The notes under the pieces: model-generated
Databases searched by the model: none
Seen by the model: only the letters and a program-made list of their open reading frames with translations
What the model was told of the DNA's origin: nothing
Made by a program: the position numbers and the translations under genes
Assembly: GCA_963692865.2 (NCBI GenBank)
Contig: OY843592.1
Span: 1,792,001 to 1,856,000, forward strand
Reading direction: 5' to 3'
Source of the DNA: a bacterium
GTDB taxonomy: Bacteria; UBA8248
Length of the DNA stretch: 64,000 bases
Shown here: piece after piece, positions 56,575-64,000 of the stretch
Position numbering within the stretch: position 1 is the stretch's first letter
Layout: each line of letters starts with the position of its first letter

Positions 56575-57297
56575 CTACACGGTGTGTTGCGCGGACGAGG
56601 CAGTCACCGCCCCGTTCGCCGCCTGCACGCCTCCGTTCACGGGCGCGCGCATCATCCGCTTGAGCGTGAGCACGGCGCTCTCGGGGCTGCTCAGCACCTT
56701 CGCGTCAACGCGGCCGGAGACCTCACCCCGCGCCCGCGCCATCGAGAACTGCGCGAGCAGGACGACGTCGGCCAGAGGTTCTTCCGCCGCGGCCTGCGCG
56801 ATGAGAGCGTCGTGCGTCTGCGCATCGCCTGCCTGGAGCGCGTCGAGCGCGCCCGGCGCGTAGGAATCCTCAATATCAATCCGGCGCTTTCTTTGCGCGG
56901 CCAGGGCTTCGAGTTCGCGCCTTATCGAGGGGCCGGACGGCCTGAATGTGGAGAGGACCCGGATGCGGCCCCCAAGCGCCAGCGCCTCATTGAGCATCGC
57001 CTGGTTGGGTTTCAGAACGGGTATCGGGAGCCTCGCCTGGGCGGTCTCTATCGCCGCGCCGAATGCCGAGCATGAGAAGAGAATGGCCTGAGCGCCGCCG
57101 CGATGCGCGAACGCGGCGAGGTTCTCCACGCGCTCGTTGATCTCGGACGTCAGGTGACCGATTCGCTCCAGATCGCGGGACAGGGATTCGTCGATGAGTT
57201 GGACGACCCCGGCTTCGGGCCAATGGCTTTCGAACGCGGCTTCGATGGGCGATACCGCGACGCGGGTCGCATGGATGACGCCGATGCGGGCGGACAT
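56575..57297 (-). CDS. Asp/Glu/hydantoin racemase-family protein
   Basis: 'IGVIHAT', 'ILFSCSAFG', 'IPVLKPN', 'LLAQFSM'. Confidence 0.75.
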   Translation of the reverse strand: MSARIGVIHATRVAVSPIEAAFESHWPEAGVVQLIDESLSRDLERIGHLTSEINERVENLAAFAHRGGAQAILFSCSAFGAAIETAQARLPIPVLKPNQAMLNEALALGGRIRVLSTFRPSGPSIRRELEALAAQRKRRIDIEDSYAPGALDALQAGDAQTHDALIAQAAAEEPLADVVLLAQFSMARARGEVSGRVDAKVLSSPESAVLTLKRMMRAPVNGGVQAANGAVTASSAQHTV

Positions 57298-57427
57298 GTT
57301 CCGAATACATCCTTTCCGAGACGATGACGTATGAAAATGACGACACAGAGCGCCGGATTCTAGGCGAAACGCGCTTTCATGGCAAGTCAATCGCGACCAA
57401 GGCGGGAGCGGTTGACAACTGATGAGG

Positions 57428-57524
57428 GAGTGTCTTGTAGGGGCGGACTTATGTGTCCGCCCGCTTGTATGTTCGTTATGGTGGTATTGGGGCGGACACA
57501 TAAGTCCGCCCCTACAAGACACTC
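57428..57524. repeat. Near-perfect REP doublet (REPIN)
   Basis: GAGTGTCTTGTAGGGGCGGACTTATGTGTCCGCCC ... GGGCGGACACATAAGTCCGCCCCTACAAGACACTC; related single unit at 56513-56542. Confidence 0.85.
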
Positions 57525-57533
57525 TTTTTCTCC

Positions 57534-59309
57534 CTACTTCTCCGGCACCACGGGCAGCATGATGTAGGACGCGTGCTCGGGTCCGCAGTGGAGCGTCACG
57601 TTCTTGCCGAAAATCTCCTCGGGCCTGTCCGTGGGGTCGTCGTGCAGGAACGGCCCGCAGCCCCTGAACACGTTCTTCATGTTCGAGAGCCTGTGCGTGG
57701 TGACGCAACTGTATTCGTAGTCCTTTCCGCGAACGCTGAGCGCCAGCCGGTAGCCGGGGGGCACCACGATGCAGGTGGGCCAGACCTCGATGTCGAGCTC
57801 GTATATCTCGCCGGGATTCAGGTATTGCTTCTCATCATGCGCCTGGTAGGGTTTCCACTCCGTCGAGAGTTCGGGCACGAGCTTTCTTTGGGATGCTCTC
57901 AGCCAGCCCTGCGCGATGGGCGTGTTCGGGTCGAGCGTGCCCTGGAAGGTGATCTCCTTCATGTCGGGCGTGAACAGGCGCAGGACGAGGAACAAATCCG
58001 CGTCCTGTGTTTCTGAGGAGACGAAGAGTTTCGAAGCCATGGGGCCGGTTATCTCCGTCTCCTCATCGAACGGCGGCAGCATGAAGGTCACGCCGTCGCT
58101 GAAGCCCCCGTAGGTAATGGTCTGCTCGGTGTCGAGCGGCGCGGAATTCAGGTTCATGTGGGCCGGGTCGAGATAGAACTTCGTCCACTGCGTGCGCGCG
58201 AGCGGCCATTCGTTCTCGCCGCGCTCGACGAATTTTTCCCCCACGTGGCGCACCTTGAGCATGACGGGGGGCTTCTCCATCCAGCCGGTGTCCTCGCCTT
58301 TTAAGTAATGGCCGAAGAACTGTTTCTGGAGCTTCTCCCCGTAGGGGGTGTAAAACTCCGTCCAGTGCTCGAAGCCGTGGACTTCCAGCCATTTCTCCGT
58401 GGAGGCCGCGCGCATGAAGCCCTCGTAGTTTCCCCTGGGGTGCAGGCCCTGTCCGCCCCAGCTCGCCGCCGAGATGAAGGGCGTCTTGATCTTCTCCCAG
58501 TGGGCGGAGCGGTCCTGGTACCAATCGCCGTCCAGCGGACGCTCCAGGATGTCGCCCCCGTAGTCGGAGCGGTTTTTCTCCATTTCCTCCTCGCTCAGGG
58601 TGTCGGGGCCGCAGACCAGACCGCCGTGGACGCGGCTTTTGGGCCCGTTCTCGCCCAGGCCGTGCTGTACGCTTTTGACCTGCATGTCGTACCAGTTCGC
58701 GAGGAACGTGGTGAGGATGCCGCCCTGGTGGCTCATGTCGCGGTAGAAATCCGCCGCCCCCTCCCATACGCACATGGCTTCCAGGTACTTGGGCTGTAGC
58801 CCCGCCACGTGCCACTGGTTGATGGCGTAATACGATATGCCCGTGAGGCCCACCTTGCCGTTGCACCAGGATTGTTCGCCCGCCCATTCGATGCAGATGG
58901 CGAAGTCCTTCGTCTCGCGCGGGGAGAAGTGGTCGATATAGCCCGGCGAGCGGCCCGCGCCGCGCGAGTCCACGCGCACGCAGATGTAACCGTCCGGCAC
59001 CCATTTCTCGGGATCCACGACCTCCCAGCTCTGGTGGATGTTCGAGGATCCCGCGATGGCGTCGGGGTGCGCGGTGGCGAAAAGATCCCACGCCGTCTCG
59101 TAGCCGTCCTGCCAGGCGAGGTCCTTCGCGTAGGGGCCGTAGCTCAGGATGACCGGGTATTGGCCGTCGCCGTCGGGCCGGTAGACGTTCGCCCGTAGCA
59201 CCAGGCCGTCTTCCATCTTGATGGGGACGTCCCATTCGATGAGAAAGCCGTCGCGCTTTTCGGTTCGGTATTGCGGGTCCGTGCTCAGGTCGATGTCGCT
59301 CATGTTCAC
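57534..59309 (-). CDS. CocE/NonD-family serine hydrolase
   Basis: 'YPVILSYGPY', 'DSRGAGRSPG', nucleophile 'GISYY', 'GWLRAS'. Confidence 0.9.
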   Translation of the reverse strand: MNMSDIDLSTDPQYRTEKRDGFLIEWDVPIKMEDGLVLRANVYRPDGDGQYPVILSYGPYAKDLAWQDGYETAWDLFATAHPDAIAGSSNIHQSWEVVDPEKWVPDGYICVRVDSRGAGRSPGYIDHFSPRETKDFAICIEWAGEQSWCNGKVGLTGISYYAINQWHVAGLQPKYLEAMCVWEGAADFYRDMSHQGGILTTFLANWYDMQVKSVQHGLGENGPKSRVHGGLVCGPDTLSEEEMEKNRSDYGGDILERPLDGDWYQDRSAHWEKIKTPFISAASWGGQGLHPRGNYEGFMRAASTEKWLEVHGFEHWTEFYTPYGEKLQKQFFGHYLKGEDTGWMEKPPVMLKVRHVGEKFVERGENEWPLARTQWTKFYLDPAHMNLNSAPLDTEQTITYGGFSDGVTFMLPPFDEETEITGPMASKLFVSSETQDADLFLVLRLFTPDMKEITFQGTLDPNTPIAQGWLRASQRKLVPELSTEWKPYQAHDEKQYLNPGEIYELDIEVWPTCIVVPPGYRLALSVRGKDYEYSCVTTHRLSNMKNVFRGCGPFLHDDPTDRPEEIFGKNVTLHCGPEHASYIMLPVVPEK

Positions 59310-59342
59310 CTCATCTCGTCAGGGTAAGTTTTATCTTCCACC

Positions 59343-61097
59343 CTATTTCTCGGGGATCACCGGCAGCATCACGTAGGACTCGTGTTCCCCGCCGCAGTGG
59401 AGCGTCACGTTCTTGCCGAACACATCGGGCGGCCTGTCCTTGGGGTCGTTGTGAATGAAGCATCCGCAGCCGGTGAACTCGTTTTTCATGTTGGAAAGGC
59501 CGCCGCCCGAGCCGCCGGGGTACACGTAGTCCTTTCCGCGCACCGTGAAGGCGACCCGGTAGCCCTCGGGTATCACGATGCAGGTCGGCCATATTTCGAT
59601 GTCCAGTTCATAGACCTCGCCCGGCGTCAGGGGCTGTTCCTCATCGTGGGTGTGATAGGGCCTGTAGGGCAGGGTCTTTTCGGGATCGAGTTTTCGGTGC
59701 GAAGCCCGCAGCCAGCCCTGCGCGATGGGGGTGTGCGGGTCGAGCGCGCCCTGGAAGACGACCTCTTCCATGTCCGGCGTGAACACGCGCACGACGAGGA
59801 ACATGTCCGCATCCCTGGTCTCGGACGACACGAAGAGCTTGGCCGCGATGGGGCCGGTGACTTCCGTTTCTTCCGATACGGGCGGCGTGACGAAAGTGAC
59901 GCCCTCGCTGAAGCCCGCGTAGGTGGTCGTCGCCGCCTCTTCGACGGGGGCGTCTTCCAGCGAGTGGGTCTTCGCGTTCAGGTAAAATTTCGTCCACTGC
60001 GTCCTGGCGAGAGGCCATTCGTTCTCGTGCCGCTCGACGAAGCGCTCGCCGGGGTGCCGCACCTGGAGCAGAACCCGGGGCTGATCCGGCCAGCCGGTGT
60101 CCTCGCCCTTCAGGTAATGGCCGAAGAATTTCTTCTGCATGTTGACGCCGTAGTCGGTGTAGAACTCAGTCCAGTGCTCGATGCCGTGGACCTCGAGCCA
60201 TTTCTCCTCGCATCCGGTTTCGAGAAAGCCCTCGAAGTTCCCGCGCGGATGGAGCCCCTGCCCGCCCCAGTTGGCGGAAGATAGGAGCGGCGCCTGGATT
60301 TTGCTGAAGTCCGGCATCCGTGACTGCCAGTATTCATCCGTACTGAGCTTGTGGGAGAAACAATCCTCGCCGAAATCGTTTCGGTTCGCGCCGAGTTCCT
60401 CCTCGGTGAGGGTAATTGGGCCGGATACCCAATCGCCCGTGAAGCGGCTCTTGAAGCCGCGCGTGCCGCGCCCGTGCTGGACGGTGTAGACCTGCATCTC
60501 GGACCAGTTGCGCGCGAAGCCGTTACAGAAGATGCCGCCGTGGTGGGCCATCTCGCGGTAATAATCAGCCGCGCCCTCCCAGACGCACATGGCGGCGAGG
60601 TGGGGCGGCTGGAGCATGCCCACCTGCCACTGGTTCATGCCGTAATAGGAGATGCCGTTCAGCCCGATCTTTCCCGTGCTCCAGGACTGCACCGCCGCCC
60701 ATTCGATGCACTCGTACAGGTCCTGCGCCTCGCGCGCCGACCAGATGTCGATGACGCCCGGCGAACGGCCCGCGCCGCGCGAATCCACGCGGATGCAGAC
60801 GTAGCCGTCCGGCACCCATTTCTCGGGGTCCACGACCTCCCAGTTCTGGTACTTGTTGGTGGAGCCTGCGGGCACGTCGGGGTGTTGCTCTACCATGCGC
60901 GTCCAGCAGGTCTCATACAAATCCTCGAAATGCAGGTATTTTCCGTACGGGCCGTACGTCAGGATGACGGGGTATTTCCCTTCATCGTCCTGGGGGCGGT
61001 AGACGTCGCAGCGCAGGACGACGCCGTCTTCCATGGGAATGGGCGCGTCCCAGTCGATGCGCATTCCGTCCCTGTCTTCGGTCTTGAAATCGCTCAT
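59343..61097 (-). CDS. CocE/NonD-family serine hydrolase (tandem paralog)
   Basis: Same motifs; long identical stretches with the neighbour (e.g. WEVVDPEKWVPDGY, WGGQGLHPRGN). Confidence 0.9.
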   Translation of the reverse strand: MSDFKTEDRDGMRIDWDAPIPMEDGVVLRCDVYRPQDDEGKYPVILTYGPYGKYLHFEDLYETCWTRMVEQHPDVPAGSTNKYQNWEVVDPEKWVPDGYVCIRVDSRGAGRSPGVIDIWSAREAQDLYECIEWAAVQSWSTGKIGLNGISYYGMNQWQVGMLQPPHLAAMCVWEGAADYYREMAHHGGIFCNGFARNWSEMQVYTVQHGRGTRGFKSRFTGDWVSGPITLTEEELGANRNDFGEDCFSHKLSTDEYWQSRMPDFSKIQAPLLSSANWGGQGLHPRGNFEGFLETGCEEKWLEVHGIEHWTEFYTDYGVNMQKKFFGHYLKGEDTGWPDQPRVLLQVRHPGERFVERHENEWPLARTQWTKFYLNAKTHSLEDAPVEEAATTTYAGFSEGVTFVTPPVSEETEVTGPIAAKLFVSSETRDADMFLVVRVFTPDMEEVVFQGALDPHTPIAQGWLRASHRKLDPEKTLPYRPYHTHDEEQPLTPGEVYELDIEIWPTCIVIPEGYRVAFTVRGKDYVYPGGSGGGLSNMKNEFTGCGCFIHNDPKDRPPDVFGKNVTLHCGGEHESYVMLPVIPEK

Positions 61098-61299
61098 TCG
61101 GTCTTTCTCCTCGGCTCAACGAAAATGTTTGAGTGCAGGCGGCGCGAGTGGCCGCCCTGAAAGTTTGGTTGTCGTATCGGTGAACGCGGCGATTATAACG
61201 GCCTTGCGCCTCGTGATCCAGATGCGGGAGTCATTCAGGATCGATATTTCGGCGGGAGCGGATAGGCGCGCGTTCAGCTTGGAGGCGGGGATGCCCGCA

Positions 61300-61738
61300 G
61301 GGGCCGTTCCCGAACGGCCCCTACCACCCTTTTGAGGAGTATGCCGACCGGAAAGGGATCAGGAATCAAGAATCACGCCCCCCTGGAGGGGATGTTGAAA
61401 AACTCCACCAATCGAGAGTGTTCACCGTCATTCCGGCGAAAGCCGGAATCCATTTTACGCCTTTTGCCTTTCGCCAGGGTTCCCGCGCATTGGAAGGGAA
61501 TGAAACGCCGCCGTTCATTCACCCGCATCTGTAAATGGATTCCGGCTTTCGCCGGAATGACGATCAAAAACGCATTCACCCGTAGGGGCGGCCCCCGTGG
61601 CCGCTCGCATCGGATATGTCCATCCCCATGGTTGTGCTTCGTGGGGGCCTCGGACAGGCACGGGAGCCTGTCCCTACAAACCCTCTATTTGCAGGACCCT
61701 ATGCGGACTTTTTCAACACCCCCCTCAAGGGGGGAGTG
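61300..61738. repeat. REP/MITE mosaic
   Basis: GTTGAAAAA...TTTTTCAAC enclosing a GTCATTCCGGCGAAAGCCGGAATCC doublet and GTAG REPs, flanked by CCCCCTGGAGGGG / CCCCCTCAAGGGGGG. Confidence 0.8.
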
Positions 61739-61870
61739 ATTTAGACGACTCGTATTTTTAGGCTGCTCCTCCCCACTCCATCGCGGATGTCACCGACGCT
61801 TGCCTCGTTGTCAGGCACGGGCGCAAAGCAACGCCGGGTAGTCATGCGGGAGCATCATCTCCTCGTTCCG

Positions 61871-63193
61871 TTATCCGGCGAAGTGCTCCATCGCGGCGAA
61901 TCCAAGACCCATCAGCGCCGCGACGCCCAGGGTTCTCATGAGAGACTGGCGCCGCCACAGGAGCATGATCGCGCTCACTGAGCCCACGAGGAGAACCCGC
62001 CGGTCCAGGGAACCCCAGACCGGCGCCAGGAGCTTGACCGGGCCGATTTGCCGTGAGGGCAGTTCGGCGAACAGGACATGCAGGCCGAACCATATGGAGA
62101 GGTTGAGAATGACGCCCACCACCGCCGCCGTAATCGACTCCAGGGCGCCTTTCAGCCTCGGCTGGGCCGTGAGTTGCTCGATATAGGGCGCGCCCGCGAA
62201 TATCCACAGGAAACAGGGCGCGAACGTGACCCATAGCGTAACCAGCGCGCCGGCGATTCCCATGCTCACCCCGCCCGCCCGGTACGCTGCGACGTAGCCG
62301 ACGAACTCCGTGACCAGGATCAGTGGCCCCGGCGTGGTTTCCGCCAGCCCCAGGCCGTCCATCATTTCACCGGCGCTCAACCAGCCCTTGTGGGTCACCA
62401 CGTCCTGCGCCAGATAGGCGAGCACCGCGTAGGCGCCGCCGAACGTGACCACCGCGAGGCGGGAGAAGAAATTGCCGATCCGCACCAGAATCTCGTAGCC
62501 GCCCACGGCCGTCAGCAGGAACACCGGTGTCCACCAGATAAGCATCCATATCGCCACCGTCCTCACCGTGCCGGATACCGACCCGCCGCCTCGACCCGTC
62601 TCGGTCTTTTCGGTGTTCTGGCCGCCCAGCATGAAAAATCCGAGCAGGGCGGATGCCAGTATAATGAGGGGGAACGGGAGCGACAGAAAGAAGATGGCCA
62701 CGAAAGCCAGGCCGGCGATGACCCAGTGCACGGCGGAATGCAGAGCTCTTTTCGAGACCCTCAGCAAGGCCTCCATCACGATGATCAGAACCGCGCCCTT
62801 GATCCCGAGAAACAGCGCGGTCATTACCGGCAGGTGGCCCGCGGCCATGTAGAGCATCGCCAGGCCGAGCACCACCAAAGCGCCCGGTACCACGAACAGG
62901 AGGCCCGCCAGCAACCCGCCGGGCACGCCGCGAAGCCGCCACCCCGCGTAGGTGGCGAGTTGCATGGCTTCGGGGCCGGGCAGCAGCATGCAGAAGCTGA
63001 GCGCGCCCAGGAACCTTTCCTCGTCGAGCAGCTTTTCCTCCTCCACGAGGATGCGGTGCATGACCGCTATCTGCGCCGCCGGGCCGCCGAAGGAGAGGAT
63101 GCCGATGCGCCAGAATACAGAGAGCATCCGGCGCCAGGAGATGTCGGATTCCCGATGCATGTCTCCGCCGTCGGAGTCTGCGGCGCCCATCAT
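61871..63193 (-). CDS. chrA: Chromate efflux transporter (CHR family, long chain)
   Basis: 'SFGGPAAQIAVMH', 'LLPGPEAMQLA', 'TFGGAYAVL', 'ETTPGPLI'. Confidence 0.9.
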   Translation of the reverse strand: MMGAADSDGGDMHRESDISWRRMLSVFWRIGILSFGGPAAQIAVMHRILVEEEKLLDEERFLGALSFCMLLPGPEAMQLATYAGWRLRGVPGGLLAGLLFVVPGALVVLGLAMLYMAAGHLPVMTALFLGIKGAVLIIVMEALLRVSKRALHSAVHWVIAGLAFVAIFFLSLPFPLIILASALLGFFMLGGQNTEKTETGRGGGSVSGTVRTVAIWMLIWWTPVFLLTAVGGYEILVRIGNFFSRLAVVTFGGAYAVLAYLAQDVVTHKGWLSAGEMMDGLGLAETTPGPLILVTEFVGYVAAYRAGGVSMGIAGALVTLWVTFAPCFLWIFAGAPYIEQLTAQPRLKGALESITAAVVGVILNLSIWFGLHVLFAELPSRQIGPVKLLAPVWGSLDRRVLLVGSVSAIMLLWRRQSLMRTLGVAALMGLGFAAMEHFAG

Positions 63194-63268
63194 TGTTCTC
63201 CTTGATCAGCCGGAATTGAGGCCGGAATCACACAGGTGTTCGTTCTCGTCCGAGAAGAAAAACGTCCC

Positions 63269-64000
63269 TTAATCCGTGCGGTAGATTTGCGTGATGGCCT
63301 GGCTCGAGGTGTTCCAACCCGGTATGACGAGGCAGGAAGGCCCTGGAATGCCGCCCGCGACGATGAGCAGGATGTCTTCGGGTTCGTGCACCATCGGGGC
63401 AAGGGAGTCGTCGTCTTCATGATCCACCCAGTCCGGCCAGCGCGATAGCTCGGGCCCCCGGTAGCGCCCGCCTTTTTTGAGGACGCCCACGGGCATTCTC
63501 GCCCGCTCGAAGAGTTCTCCTTTCACGTCCGCGCGGCTGAGTCCCCCTCTCGCCAGAATGTCGGCGTGATCAGGGGCGACGACGATCACCCAGTTCGTCT
63601 GCGTGTATGCCGTCGTGGCGCCCATCGCGCACATGGTGTTCGAGAGCGTGGTGAGGACGCCCTCGGGCCTGGCGCTCACGTCGTCCATCGCCATGCGCGG
63701 CGCTTCGGCGTTGCAGACGGTGAGGACGTTCTCATCCGGGCCGAAGCCGAAATCGCCCGGCATCGGCTCCCAGGGGCTTTGCTCCTCGTTCTCGCGGACG
63801 CAGTAGGTGAACTTGGAAGGACTGCCGAAGGTGCTCATGTCCGAGACGCCCGGGATGCCGCCTCCCAGGTTCATCATGATCAGCCTGATCGCGCGGCCGA
63901 TGGCGGCGTTCGCCCGGAAACCGGGGCCGAAGCATCCCGAACCTCCGTGGACGCCGATCTCCCGCGCGTATGGCCCGTTCAGGATCAGCAAAGGCCCGCC
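63269..64000 (-). CDS. Conserved hypothetical protein (3' part; start is outside the window)
   Basis: 'NGP...GCFGPGFRANAAIGRAIRLIMMNLGG...ENEEQSPW'; frame is open to the window edge. Confidence 0.7.
   Translation of the reverse strand, partial: GGPLLILNGPYAREIGVHGGSGCFGPGFRANAAIGRAIRLIMMNLGGGIPGVSDMSTFGSPSKFTYCVRENEEQSPWEPMPGDFGFGPDENVLTVCNAEAPRMAMDDVSARPEGVLTTLSNTMCAMGATTAYTQTNWVIVVAPDHADILARGGLSRADVKGELFERARMPVGVLKKGGRYRGPELSRWPDWVDHEDDDSLAPMVHEPEDILLIVAGGIPGPSCLVIPGWNTSSQAITQIYRTD

Overview
GC-rich bacterial chromosomal window (Gram-negative envelope: autotransporter, TonB system, lipoproteins). It holds two large orphan catabolic clusters (LLM oxidoreductases, two UbiD decarboxylases, TRAP-TAXI and LIV-type ABC transporters, family I CoA-transferase, XDH-family Mo enzyme), a cobalamin-uptake operon under two cobalamin riboswitches, an intact IS110/IS1111-group element, tandem CocE/NonD hydrolases and very dense mosaics of REP-like palindromes in the intergenic DNA. 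The least explained structure is 38.3-43.1 kb, around a TbpB-like surface lipoprotein gene. Its ~580-nt leader carries two homologous 12-codon uORFs (MKRYATKPPPVS, MKKCAVKPPPTS) whose PPP codons are complementary to the gene's RBS. The gene and a scrambled paralog remnant are each followed by a covarying ~105-nt structured element with its own opposite-strand sigma70-like promoter, and the apical hairpin of that element is the exact complement of the repeated RBS motif GAGGACTCAAA. Other highlights: an AhpD-like selenoprotein (CxxU plus SECIS hairpin) that the ORF track splits in two, and bridge/seek-RNA guide segments in the IS that match its own junction and its insertion site. All calls come from reading the sequence; no searches or folding programs were run.
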